Shown here: one piece after another, positions 1 through 9,461 of the stretch
How positions within the stretch are numbered: position 1 is the stretch's first letter
How the letters are laid out: every line of letters begins with the position of its first letter
Notes under the pieces: generated by a model
What the model saw: the letters and a program-made list of their open reading frames with translations, nothing else
What the model was told of the DNA's origin: nothing
Database searches by the model: none
Position numbers and translations under genes: made by a program
Assembly: GCA_043800705.1 (NCBI GenBank)
Contig: JAZDMS010000010.1
Span: forward strand, 32,001-96,000
Direction of reading: 5' to 3'
From: Candidatus Altiarchaeota archaeon
GTDB taxonomy: Archaea > Altiarchaeota > Altiarchaeia > IMC4 > SCGC-AAA252-I15
Length of the DNA: 64,000 nt

Positions 1-2
1 CG

Positions 3-1370
3 GAGCGCAGGAGCGCGTTCAGGGCGAGCCTCAACAAGGCCGTCGACAGCCTTTCCGCGCTGGAGCGGGAGATGCAGGACAACGCAGTCGAGATAACGAA
101 GCTGGAGCGGACCGCAAGCGCCGAGGAGAAGAGTATCAACGAGCTGGCGGAGCGCAGAAACCGGGGAGCGGTCACGAAGGTCGACTCGCTGAAGGACGCA
201 CTCCGCGACCTGGAGGTCCAGAAGACGAAGCTCACAGAGAAGGCAGGCTTCCTCAAACAGCAGGCGGAGCAGCTTAAGGCCAGGCTGGCCGAGATCGCGC
301 CATCCCGGGACATGATAGAGGGCGAGATCAAGTCGCTTGAGGGAAACATCCACAAGCTCCGATTCGAACTCGACGGCCTGGAGAAGGCCCACCACTCCGT
401 GCACGGAGAGATCGCGAAGCTCATCGAGGAGAGGGGAAATGTCGAGGTCCAGATCACGGAGCTCTCATCCAGGATAGGCGAGACCGAACGGGGAATGGAG
501 GGCGCTGCCCAGAGGCTCCAGGACTATATGGTCGAAAAGGCGACGATAAACACCCGCCTGGACGACCTGCGTAGGGAATACGGCAAATATGAGGGCGTGG
601 CGCTCATAGAGAAGGCCGTAAAGGAGCTGACGGACCTTGCCGAGAAGCTGGAGCGGGACCTGACTGCGTTCGGCTCCGTCAACCTGAGGTCTGTGGAGAC
701 GTATGAGGTCATCAAGAAGGAGTTCGATGAGATCAACGCCAAGCTCGACACCCTCAAGAGCGAAAGGCAGAGCATATTCGATTTCATGGACAAGATAGAG
801 TCCAAGAAGCGGGACACGTTCATGGAGGCCTTCGACAAGGTGAAGGCCAACTTCGAACGCATCTACGCGCAGCTCGCAGACGGAAAGGGCACGCTCATAC
901 TCGACAACCCGATGAACATATCCGAAAGCGGGCTCATAATCACCGCATCCCCGGGCGGCAAGAGGGTGATGTCCCTCGACGCGATGAGCGGGGGCGAGAA
1001 GGTCCTCACATCCAGCGCGTTCCTCCTCGGCCTACAGCAGTACAAGCCGGCGTACTTCTACATCGTGGATGAACTGGACGCCGCCTTGGACAAGAGGAAC
1101 TCTTCGAGGCTCGCCGAGATGCTTGCCGCATCATCGAGCCAGTTCCTGATGGTCACCCACAACATGAACATGCTCAAGTACATGGACTCCGCGATCGGGG
1201 TCTCCATGACTAATGGGTCCAGCCAGATAGTCGGGGTCAGGTTCTCGGCGGAGAAGCAGGCCCCAATCGAGACCGCCCTGCCGAAGGAGGAGGCCGGCGG
1301 GGACGTCGACGCCGACGAGCTGGAGCCCGTAATACCGGAAGCGCCGACGGACGGGAAGACTGCGGGCTGA
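3..1370 (+). CDS. smc: Chromosome segregation protein SMC, C-terminal part (5' end outside window)
   Basis: Long coiled coil, then GSVNLRS, ABC signature MSGGEK, Walker B/D-loop YIVDELDAALD and VTH; frame open from window start. Confidence 0.95.
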   Translation, partial: ERRSAFRASLNKAVDSLSALEREMQDNAVEITKLERTASAEEKSINELAERRNRGAVTKVDSLKDALRDLEVQKTKLTEKAGFLKQQAEQLKARLAEIAPSRDMIEGEIKSLEGNIHKLRFELDGLEKAHHSVHGEIAKLIEERGNVEVQITELSSRIGETERGMEGAAQRLQDYMVEKATINTRLDDLRREYGKYEGVALIEKAVKELTDLAEKLERDLTAFGSVNLRSVETYEVIKKEFDEINAKLDTLKSERQSIFDFMDKIESKKRDTFMEAFDKVKANFERIYAQLADGKGTLILDNPMNISESGLIITASPGGKRVMSLDAMSGGEKVLTSSAFLLGLQQYKPAYFYIVDELDAALDKRNSSRLAEMLAASSSQFLMVTHNMNMLKYMDSAIGVSMTNGSSQIVGVRFSAEKQAPIETALPKEEAGGDVDADELEPVIPEAPTDGKTAG

Positions 1371-1449
1371 ACCTGATTGACCTCTATCTGTGATCCCGTA
1401 AGCGCGGCATACTTGATTTAAAAACCTGGGCTCATTATCCTTTGGAAGG

Positions 1450-1905
1450 ATGGATGTCAGGAAAGCTTCGGTTAGGGACGTCGATGCGATCAGGGCTCTG
1501 ATAGACGTCTATTCCAGGCAGGGCAAGATGCTATCCCGCAGCCTCAGCTACCTCTACGACAACATCAGGGACTATTTCGTCGTCGAGGAAGGCGGCAGGG
1601 TGATCGGCTGCGTCGGCCTCCACATCACATGGAGCGACCTTGCGGAGATCAAGAGCCTAGCAGTCGACCCGGTCCACCAGCAGAAGGGCGTGGGGAGAGC
1701 CCTCCTTGAGGCGACGTTCAGGGAGGCTAAGGAATTCGGCATATCCCGGCTATTCACCCTGACCCTGGAGCCTGATTTCTTCACCAGGCACGGTTTCAGG
1801 GTGATTCCGCGGGAGTCGCTGCCGATGAAGATCTGGGGCGAATGCATACAGTGCCCGAAATACCCAGAATGCGACGAGGTCGCCTTGGAATACCCCCTCA
1901 AATGA
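1450..1905 (+). CDS. GNAT N-acetyltransferase (short ArgA-like amino-acid acetyltransferase)
   Basis: AEIKSLAV..QQKGVG acetyl-CoA motif; LPMKIWGECxxCPK..CDE tail typical of the short ArgA family. Confidence 0.85.
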   Translation: MDVRKASVRDVDAIRALIDVYSRQGKMLSRSLSYLYDNIRDYFVVEEGGRVIGCVGLHITWSDLAEIKSLAVDPVHQQKGVGRALLEATFREAKEFGISRLFTLTLEPDFFTRHGFRVIPRESLPMKIWGECIQCPKYPECDEVALEYPLK

Positions 1906-1911
1906 GTTGGC

Positions 1912-2616
1912 TCAGGCCATATCGTGGAAGACCCTCTCGTTCGGGTACAGGTTGATGCCGGTGTCCTCTATGCGGTAGACAGTCTCGGTCGTCTTGTGTT
2001 TCGTACCCCTCATCTTCAGGACCTCGAGGGTCCTGACCCGCTCCTGCCCGACCTTCTTGTAGTAGAGCTTGATCCAGCCGTCGACGATGTATGTGAGGCC
2101 GAAGGGTGTGTAGTCCTGAGACGATTCAGAGACTATCAGCGTCGTCACGTTCCAGCTCTTCAGCTTTTCGAAAAGGCGCTGGACAGCGGTCCGCTGTTTT
2201 GATTCGTTCTCGTAGTTGAGGACGAAGGCGGAGATGCTGTCGAGGACTATGCGCTTCGCCTGCATCTGGATTATCTCCTGCTCGATGCCGAGGGATCCCT
2301 TGTCGAGGAAGTCCTTCATCTTCTGCGACGTGCATTCGAAGAACAGGAAGTTGCCGGCGTTCTCGTACTCCTCGATGTTGTATCCGAACCTGGCCATGTT
2401 ATGGGTGAAGCTCTTCTTGGTCTCCTCGACGCTGATGTACACCCCCCTCTCGCCGGCCTTGACGCCGGCCAGGAGATACTGCAGCGCGAACGTCGATTTG
2501 CCGCTTCCGGGATCCCCCTCCAGGAGGTTGACGCTGTCCTCCTTGAATCCTCCCTCCATGAGCTCGTCGAGTTTACCGACGCCCGTAGACTTCCTTCCCG
2601 TCTCTGTCCTGTCCAT
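1912..2616 (-). CDS. KaiC/RAD55-like single-domain ATPase
   Basis: STGVGKLDELMEGG, Walker A GDPGSGKS, ISVEE, VLDS, LKMRGT. Confidence 0.9.
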   Translation of the reverse strand: MDRTETGRKSTGVGKLDELMEGGFKEDSVNLLEGDPGSGKSTFALQYLLAGVKAGERGVYISVEETKKSFTHNMARFGYNIEEYENAGNFLFFECTSQKMKDFLDKGSLGIEQEIIQMQAKRIVLDSISAFVLNYENESKQRTAVQRLFEKLKSWNVTTLIVSESSQDYTPFGLTYIVDGWIKLYYKKVGQERVRTLEVLKMRGTKHKTTETVYRIEDTGINLYPNERVFHDMA

Positions 2617-2618
2617 GT

Positions 2619-3311
2619 TTAATCAGTCCCGAAGACCCTCTCGTTCGGGTACAGGTTGATGCCTTTGTCCTCTATCCTGTAGACGACCTCGGTCGCATCG
2701 TGCTTCGTACCCCTCATCTTCAGCACCTCGATCGTGCGTATCCTCTCGCGGCCGCTCTTTTTGTAGTAGAGGCGTATCCATCCGTCGACGAGGTATGATG
2801 CCCAGTTGTTGTTGTGCTGGGTGTGTGCCGCCTCGGCGATGACGAGCGTGGTCAGCCCCCAGCTTCTGAGCTTCTCGAAGAGCCGGTGGACCGCAGCCCT
2901 CTGTTTGGCTTCGGTCTCATAGAGCGTTACGAAGGCGGATATGCTGTCCAGGACGAGCCTTTTCGCATGTATCTCCGTTATCTTGTCCTCTATCCCTATC
3001 GTTCCCTTGTCGAGGGATTCCTTCAGCTTCTGGGGGTTGCATTCGTAGAAGAACAGGCTGCCTTCCTTCTCGTATTTTGCGAGGTCGAAGCCGTAGTAGC
3101 CCATGTTCTCGAAGAAGTTCTCCCTGCTCTCCTCGACGCTGATGTATATCCCGTTCTCGCCTGCGTTTATGCCTGCGACGACATAGGACACAGAGAGCGT
3201 GGATTTGCCGCTGCCTGCGTCGCCTTCCACCAGCGTTATGCTCTTCTCCTTCAGGCCCCCCTGTATGAGGCTGTCGAGGTTTGGGATGCCAGTGGGTCGG
3301 CGTGCGTTCAT
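2619..3311 (-). CDS. KaiC/RAD55-like single-domain ATPase (tandem paralog)
   Basis: PTGIPNLDSLIQGG, GDAGSGKS, ISVEE, LKMRGT; closely similar to the neighbouring gene. Confidence 0.9.
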   Translation of the reverse strand: MNARRPTGIPNLDSLIQGGLKEKSITLVEGDAGSGKSTLSVSYVVAGINAGENGIYISVEESRENFFENMGYYGFDLAKYEKEGSLFFYECNPQKLKESLDKGTIGIEDKITEIHAKRLVLDSISAFVTLYETEAKQRAAVHRLFEKLRSWGLTTLVIAEAAHTQHNNNWASYLVDGWIRLYYKKSGRERIRTIEVLKMRGTKHDATEVVYRIEDKGINLYPNERVFGTD

Positions 3312-3343
3312 CTTTCAACTATTGGCCTTTCCACATAATAAGG

Positions 3344-4078
3344 CTAATACCAGCCGTACTTCCTTTTTTGCCTACGCTGCTGGGTGCCCCAGGATTTCAC
3401 TGTAAGGCCTCGCAGGATCACGTCCGGATCGCTTCTGTCCTTGGCCCTTCCGGCGTATTCCTCCGTATTCTTCCCAACTGCCGCCTTGGACTGCGCCTCC
3501 GTGAGCCCCAGCATCATCCCCCCGTCCGCCAAGTCGTGCGGGCTTCTCACGTCTAGGTCCGTGCGGGCGCCGCAGCCCAAAACGACATTTACGCCGTACT
3601 TTCTTGCGACCCTGATGTTCTGGCCGATGCGCCCAAGCAGCCTGGCACGCCTCATCCCGTTCGCGTGTAGGACGTTGCCTGCGTTGACTAGGTATCCGAC
3701 TCTCCTCTCCGCCATGAAGGCAGCCATCACGTGGTCGATGCCCCCGCTCCACTGGTCTACGAGGTCGCGCTCCTCGTTCATTTCGGGGTTCACGATGAGG
3801 TCGACCTCCCAGGACTCGGAAGCCGCCCTTGCCGCGTCCTCGTTGCGGCCGTCCACGACTACGAGGTCCGCACCCAGGTCGAGGGCCTTATGTGCTGCCT
3901 TCTCAGGGGCTTCCGAGATTATGGCGCCGACGAGGACATTTCTCCCCCTCTTCCTCGCTGATTCCGCGAATCCCCTGAAGTCTGCGCCGAATTCGCACGC
4001 TGCGAGGATGCCGTCCCATCCGAGCCGGATGTGGGCCTCAAGGGTCGCAGGGTCCGTGAGTAGGTCATAGCATTTCAT
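3344..4078 (-). CDS. rnp3: Ribonuclease P protein subunit Rpp30
   Basis: GGIDHVMA, RKYGVNVVLG, DVRSPHDL motifs of archaeal p30; conserved neighbourhood with a DUF54 gene. Confidence 0.8.
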   Translation of the reverse strand: MKCYDLLTDPATLEAHIRLGWDGILAACEFGADFRGFAESARKRGRNVLVGAIISEAPEKAAHKALDLGADLVVVDGRNEDAARAASESWEVDLIVNPEMNEERDLVDQWSGGIDHVMAAFMAERRVGYLVNAGNVLHANGMRRARLLGRIGQNIRVARKYGVNVVLGCGARTDLDVRSPHDLADGGMMLGLTEAQSKAAVGKNTEEYAGRAKDRSDPDVILRGLTVKSWGTQQRRQKRKYGWY

Positions 4079-4511
4079 CAAGCAGCTCCGCCGCGGACCT
4101 CAGCGCGTTCTCCCTGCTGGCGGGGTAGGCCGCCAGCTTGAATGTCACATGGATTGGGTCCTTATGTTCCAGGACCATCTTGCCGCCTTTGGCTTCGGCC
4201 TTGCTCAGGCGCAGGTACATGTTGCAGTCGTCGTCGACATGGTCTTCGAGCCTCTCCCTCAGGAGCCTCTTGTCGTATTCGTCCAGTCCGCGCAGGACCT
4301 TGGATGCGAACTCCCTCACCTCCTTCTGTCTTGTGAGCCTGGCCGTAAGCTCGACGATCTCGCTTTTGAACACACCCCCGTCGGCCTCAGGCTCGAGGAC
4401 CGTTTCATCGACCTTCGTGTCCGCAGGCAAGAGGCCCTTCAGGATCTCGCGAAGGGCTTCCGAGGCCTCCTTCGGCGAGAATGCGCGGACAGTGATGTGG
4501 TGGGCTTTCAC
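4065..4511 (-). CDS. Predicted RNA-binding protein (DUF54/COG1325-like)
   Basis: YLRLSK and FKLAAYPASRE motifs; lies upstream of rpp30; GTG start at 4511 inferred. Confidence 0.7.
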   Translation of the reverse strand: MKAHHITVRAFSPKEASEALREILKGLLPADTKVDETVLEPEADGGVFKSEIVELTARLTRQKEVREFASKVLRGLDEYDKRLLRERLEDHVDDDCNMYLRLSKAEAKGGKMVLEHKDPIHVTFKLAAYPASRENALRSAAELLDEML

Positions 4512-4578
4512 GGTAAAATAGAAGACGGATTGGATTATTAAGGGATGTATTTCTTCAAGAGATTCCAACTATCTTACC

Positions 4579-6162
4579 GTGGAAGCCGAGGTGCATGGAA
4601 AACAGTTCAGAAAGGCTGCTTTAGTCAGCCAGTTTCGGCAGGGTAAGCCGGCGGAGGAGGCATTGGCCTACATGGTGAAGAAATTCCACCAGGATATGCC
4701 CCCCGAGGAAGTCAGACGGCTATATTCGCACATGAACCCGTCCCCCCTGAAGTTTTCGAGGCTACCCCCAGAGCAGGTATCAGAGGCATACCGAAGACAA
4801 AGGCAGAGGCAGAAGGAGAGGGCAGATAGGATCGGGCAGAAGAAGCTTGGCAGATCGCTTACGCCCGCCACTCGTAAAAAAATCGCCGAGGCGGGTATGG
4901 GCAGGGTGATGTCGGAGGAATCGAAAAAGAAGATAAGCGCCGCCAATACCGGGAAAATTGTCAGCCCAGAGACTAGGGAGAAGCTTCGGAAGGCGAAACT
5001 TGGCACAACCCAAAGCGAAGAGACCAAGGAGAAGAAACGCAAGGCCAGCCTTGGCAGAGTCGTCACCCCCCAAACCCGGGGGAGATTGAGCAAGGCATTA
5101 ATGGGCCATAGCGTAAGTCCTGAAGCTAGGGAGAAGATTGCCGATGCCGCTAGAATGAGGACCGGCAGAAAAAATTCATTCTTCGGGAGGCATCATACGC
5201 CGGAGACAAAAAAAAGGCTGAGTGAACGGATGTCTGGCGAAATGCACCCGATGTTTGGCAAACACCTATCTGAAGAGGCAAGGCGAAAAATAAGCGAGTC
5301 TAAAAAAGGACCTAAGAATCCGATGTTTGGCGTGCATAAACCTCATAGCCCTGAAACAAAAAAAAGCATAAGCGAGTCTCTGTTAAGCTTCAATAAGGTG
5401 TTCTCTGCCAAGGGCGGTGGCGAGACAATTGACGTGCCTGCCATCGACGACGAGGACATGTCACTGATATCTGATGCATTGTCGAGGCACAGGGATTTGG
5501 GCATCCTCTACTGTGTGGCGAAAATTGACAGAAATAAGGCTGACCGCCTTGTCTCCTCGCACAAGTTGGACGTGCGTCGCATGGTGGAGGAGAGACTTAC
5601 ACCCTACAAACTCGCACCGGATAGCGGGATAATGCTCGCCTGGGTTTACCTCATGGCTAAAGAACTAGGGGTGGATATTTCCCCGTCCGAGGAACATGCC
5701 ATCATCATAGGGGGAGAGGCAAAGCGGCTTATGGCGAACGTTAAGGGGTCTGACGTAGTCGACTACATCGATGTAATCGACTTTGCAGAGCTCTCCTCAA
5801 CGATGCCACAGATCGGCATCAGAGCGGATTATAAAGAAGTCGAGGAACCTATGAGGACACACCTCATCTGTTTTTTGGCTGATGCCAGGCATAGGGCAAA
5901 AAAGTTATGGAAGGATTTGCGAACTGCCAGGACAGAAAATGAGTTGGATGAATCGAACCGTAACCTGGGCAGCATGACGGCTTCGATACTCCTCAACATG
6001 GGGCGCATGGGCTTCGGGGCGGATGTCACAGGCGATGATTGGGATATAATGGCCTCCCGGCTGGAGTCCTTCAGGGAATCAAATAACGCCTCAGGAATCG
6101 CATGGATGCATTATGCCCTGAGGGAAATCTCCAAATACTATCCTCTTAAGGCCAGACCTTGA
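4579..6162 (+). CDS. Protein with a tandem array of NUMOD3 DNA-binding motifs and an unknown helical C-terminal domain
   Basis: About 9-10 repeats of (H/S/T)xE(T/S/A)(R/K)xK(I/L)S, with NSFFGRHH, HPMFGKH and NPMFG linkers. Confidence 0.75.
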   Translation: MEAEVHGKQFRKAALVSQFRQGKPAEEALAYMVKKFHQDMPPEEVRRLYSHMNPSPLKFSRLPPEQVSEAYRRQRQRQKERADRIGQKKLGRSLTPATRKKIAEAGMGRVMSEESKKKISAANTGKIVSPETREKLRKAKLGTTQSEETKEKKRKASLGRVVTPQTRGRLSKALMGHSVSPEAREKIADAARMRTGRKNSFFGRHHTPETKKRLSERMSGEMHPMFGKHLSEEARRKISESKKGPKNPMFGVHKPHSPETKKSISESLLSFNKVFSAKGGGETIDVPAIDDEDMSLISDALSRHRDLGILYCVAKIDRNKADRLVSSHKLDVRRMVEERLTPYKLAPDSGIMLAWVYLMAKELGVDISPSEEHAIIIGGEAKRLMANVKGSDVVDYIDVIDFAELSSTMPQIGIRADYKEVEEPMRTHLICFLADARHRAKKLWKDLRTARTENELDESNRNLGSMTASILLNMGRMGFGADVTGDDWDIMASRLESFRESNNASGIAWMHYALREISKYYPLKARP

Positions 6163-6266
6163 GTGGCCCTATCTGCTTGACGGTTAATGCTCTCTTTTCC
6201 CGGATTCCCCCCTCCCGGCCTCCATCTCCTACAGCCTCAACCTGGGGGGATGACGACTCAGGGTTA

Positions 6267-6938
6267 TTAACCGGTCTTTGGTATCAGGTCGCAGAAGAAG
6301 AACCTCCCGTCCTTTGACGTGATCTCTCCCCTTTCGAATCGGACCGGTTTCCCGAACCCTGGCCCGTCGTATGCGAACGTGTGGAATTCCCCGTTCTCGC
6401 CGCATGGGTCCGCGTCGGAGGGAAGGCTTTTCAGGAATTCCCCGTCGTATTCCCTCCCCGCCAGGTCCTCGTCCAGCTCGCAGCCGTCGACGCACGTCAC
6501 TATCGCCTTGTACCCCCGTGCGATGAAATCTCTCGCAAGGGCTGCGGTATCCTCCTTCCACAGCGGGAAGACAGCTTCCATCCCGGCTCTGGCGAGCCTG
6601 TCGGTCCTGTACGCCCTGAGGTCCTCGAGGAAGATGTCGCCGAACGCGACTGCGGAGATCCCCTCTCCCTTTTTCCCCTCCAGGATGGCGCCCATCGCGC
6701 CCTCGTAGTCCGTGTTGGTGTGGTCCTTGCCGAGTCCGACCTCGGTCAGCGGCAGGCCCAAGGATTCCGCCTGCATCCTCAGTAGCTCGATCCTGACCCC
6801 GTGCATGAAGACGCGGCCGAAGTCGGAATTGTATGTGCTCAGAAGCGCGGCGACATCGTATTTTCCCTCGCGTCTCAGGCGTTCCAGCGCTAGTAGGCTG
6901 TCTTTTCCGCCGCTCCAGGAAAGTATGGCATTCGGCAT
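6267..6938 (-). CDS. PP-loop ATPase, diphthine-ammonia ligase/DUF71 family
   Basis: SWSGGKDS, FGDIFL, FPLW, DPCGENGEFHT. Confidence 0.85.
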   Translation of the reverse strand: MPNAILSWSGGKDSLLALERLRREGKYDVAALLSTYNSDFGRVFMHGVRIELLRMQAESLGLPLTEVGLGKDHTNTDYEGAMGAILEGKKGEGISAVAFGDIFLEDLRAYRTDRLARAGMEAVFPLWKEDTAALARDFIARGYKAIVTCVDGCELDEDLAGREYDGEFLKSLPSDADPCGENGEFHTFAYDGPGFGKPVRFERGEITSKDGRFFFCDLIPKTG

Positions 6939-6940
6939 GT

Positions 6941-9070
6941 CTACTTGATCTTCGATCCCGCCTTGGCGCTCTTCTCAGGCTGCAAAAGAACGGGCGCGCC
7001 TTTTTCGTCGGAGGCCGCAAGCAGCATCCCCTGGCTTTCCACTCCCCGGAGCTTGGCAGGCTGGAGGTTCGCGACCACTATTATCTGTTTCCCCACCATC
7101 TCCTCCTTCGGGTAGCTGGCCTTTATCCCTGCAACTATCGTTCTGTCCCCGAGTTCGCCCAGGTCGACCTTCAGCACCATCAGCTTGTCAGCGTTCGGGT
7201 GGTCGCTGGCCTCCTTCACCACACCCACCCTCAGGTCCACCCTGTTGAACTCTTCGTAATCTACCATAGGCTTCACCTCTTTATCGGCCTTCGATTTTCG
7301 GTCCTCGGCTTTCTGTTCTCGGTTTTCAGTTTTCGGTTTTCCGTCTTCTGCATTTTTCTTCTTAGGGCCGTGGGCTGAAGACTGGAAACTGAGAACTGCA
7401 GACTGCGAACTTCCCTCAGGAAGGTATTTCCCCCTGAATTCATCCATCTTCTTGTCCTCGAGCTTCACGTACAGGGCCTTCGCCTTGCCTATCATGTGCC
7501 CGCCTTTTACTCCGAGTTTCTTGGCTTCATCCCATCTTTGGCCGTGGGCGGAGCCTTCGAGGGCGAGCATCTTCCAAATCCTATCTGCTGTAGATGGCAG
7601 AAGCGGCGCGGCGGTTATCGCCAGTGAACGGATGAGGTTCGCGCAGAGGTATAGTGTGTTGCCGCCTTTGTTCTTCCAAGGCTCCCTCGCCTGGAAGTAT
7701 TTGTTGCCTTCCTGTGCGAGCGTCATTAGCGCGCTCGTCGCGTTTATGAAGTCGAGGCGGTCGATCCTCGATGCGACCTCGTCCTGCTGCTTCGAGACGA
7801 ACTCGGTGAGCCTTTTGTCCTCCTCGTCGAACTCCACGGGATTAGGCACTACGCCCCCCTCCCTCTCTATGAACGTCAATACCCTGTTGACGAGGTTCCC
7901 GAGGGTTGCGATGAGCTCGTTGTTGACCCTCTCCTTGAAGTCCGCGAGCGAGAAATCGCTGTCCGACGTCTGCGGCGTGATAGTCAGAAGATAGTACCTC
8001 ACCTGGTCGGGGTCGAACTCCCGTACGCAGTCGTGCAGCCATAGGACCCACTTCCTCGACGTGCTCATCTTCCTGCCCTCCAGGTTCAGGAACTCGTTGG
8101 AGGCTATCTGCCACGGGAGGTTGTATTTCCCGTTGGCCATGATGACTGCAGGCCAGATTATCGTATGGAAGGGGATGTTGTCCTTTCCTATGAAATGGAT
8201 TATCTTCGATTTCGGGTCGAGCCAGTACTTCTCCCACTCATCAGGCTTCCCCATCTTTTGCGCCCACTCCATCGTCGAACTTATGTATCCGATGGGCGCG
8301 TCGAACCAGACGTAGAGGACCTTGCCTTCCGCGCCTTCGACAGGCACCGGTATCCCCCAGTTGAGGTCCCTCGTTATGGAGCGGTCCTGCAGACCCTCCC
8401 TTATCCAGCCCAGCGCGAAGTTCCTGGCGTTCGCAGGCCAGTGCCTGTTGCCCTCGACCCATGTCCTCAGGGGCTCGCTCATCTCGCTCAGCTTGAAGAA
8501 CCAATGCGACGTCTCCCTCATCTCCGGCGTGTCCCTGCAGATGACGCAGTAGGGGTCCTTCAGCTCCTGGGGCTCAAGCTGCGCAGAACACTTCTCGCAC
8601 TGGTCCCCGCGCTCGTCCTGGGCCCCGCACTTTGGGCAGACGCCCTTGACATAGCGGTCCGGGAGGAACCTTCTGCAATTGGGGCAATACGGCCGCAGGA
8701 CAGTCTTCTTCTCTATCAGCCCCTTCTTCATTATGGTGGCGAATATGTCCTGGGATACCTCGTAGTGTATGGGTCTGCTCGTTCCGCTGAAGTTGTCAAA
8801 CATGACTCCTATGGCGTCGAACGCGGCGACGTGCATGTCGTGGTACTTGTCCACGAGCTCCTTCGGGCTCACGCCCTCCTGCTCCGCCGCCACAGATATC
8901 GCGGTTCCGTGCTCGTCGGTGCCGCAGATGTACAGGACGTCGTCGCCGATCATCCTGTGGTATCTGACGTAGACGTCGGCGGGCACATAGCAGCCTATGG
9001 CGTGGCCTATATGGATGGGGCCGTTGGCGTAAGGCAGGGCCGCGGTCACGAGGATGCGTTCTTTCGCCAT
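6941..9070 (-). CDS. metG: Methionyl-tRNA synthetase with C-terminal tRNA-binding (Trbp111-like) domain
   Basis: ALPYANGPIHIGH, zinc-knuckle cysteines, YVWFDA, KMSTS, C-terminal HPNADKL...SQGMLLA. Confidence 0.97.
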   Translation of the reverse strand: MAKERILVTAALPYANGPIHIGHAIGCYVPADVYVRYHRMIGDDVLYICGTDEHGTAISVAAEQEGVSPKELVDKYHDMHVAAFDAIGVMFDNFSGTSRPIHYEVSQDIFATIMKKGLIEKKTVLRPYCPNCRRFLPDRYVKGVCPKCGAQDERGDQCEKCSAQLEPQELKDPYCVICRDTPEMRETSHWFFKLSEMSEPLRTWVEGNRHWPANARNFALGWIREGLQDRSITRDLNWGIPVPVEGAEGKVLYVWFDAPIGYISSTMEWAQKMGKPDEWEKYWLDPKSKIIHFIGKDNIPFHTIIWPAVIMANGKYNLPWQIASNEFLNLEGRKMSTSRKWVLWLHDCVREFDPDQVRYYLLTITPQTSDSDFSLADFKERVNNELIATLGNLVNRVLTFIEREGGVVPNPVEFDEEDKRLTEFVSKQQDEVASRIDRLDFINATSALMTLAQEGNKYFQAREPWKNKGGNTLYLCANLIRSLAITAAPLLPSTADRIWKMLALEGSAHGQRWDEAKKLGVKGGHMIGKAKALYVKLEDKKMDEFRGKYLPEGSSQSAVLSFQSSAHGPKKKNAEDGKPKTENREQKAEDRKSKADKEVKPMVDYEEFNRVDLRVGVVKEASDHPNADKLMVLKVDLGELGDRTIVAGIKASYPKEEMVGKQIIVVANLQPAKLRGVESQGMLLAASDEKGAPVLLQPEKSAKAGSKIK
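7281..7409. repeat. Degenerate heptamer array (YYYYCNG x10, then inverted CNGRRRR x6) inside the metG linker
   Basis: TTATCGG CCTTCGA TTTTCGG TCCTCGG CTTTCTG TTCTCGG TTTTCAG TTTTCGG TTTTCCG TCTTCTG, then CTGAAGA CTGGAAA CTGAGAA CTGCAGA CTGCGAA. Confidence 0.8.
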
Positions 9071-9146
9071 GGTAGAAACGTTGGAGCTTGAGATAATAAA
9101 TTATGGGGCGGCGTATTTATCGGTGGTCCTACAGACCGCCCCGCAC

Positions 9147-9461
9147 CTAGAGGTGCTTCTGCAGCTTGGCCAGCATCTTATCCTTTGGTAGCGCTCCGAC
9201 GATCCTGTCCACGAGCTTGCCATCCTTGAATACGAGCAGGGTGGGTATGCTCATGACCTGGTATTTCACCGCAGGCCCCTTGTGTTCGTCGATGTTGACC
9301 CTGTAGAAGGAGGCCTTGCCCTGAAGCTGGCCGGACAACTCCTCCATTAAGGGGGCTATCATCATGCACGGCCCGCACCAGGGCGCCCAGAAGTCCACGA
9401 CGACCAAGCCGCTTGATGCGGCTTGGTCGAACTCGGACTCCGTCAGCTCTCGTACTGCCAT
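9147..9461 (-). CDS. trxA: Thioredoxin
   Basis: VVDFWAPWCGPC, MSIPT; ATG at 9461 overlaps the upstream stop (TGATG). Confidence 0.93.
   Translation of the reverse strand: MAVRELTESEFDQAASSGLVVVDFWAPWCGPCMMIAPLMEELSGQLQGKASFYRVNIDEHKGPAVKYQVMSIPTLLVFKDGKLVDRIVGALPKDKMLAKLQKHL

Noticed and set aside
1912-3311. Circadian clock genes
   Set aside because: Single-domain proteins with no kaiA or kaiB; typical archaeal KaiC-like family
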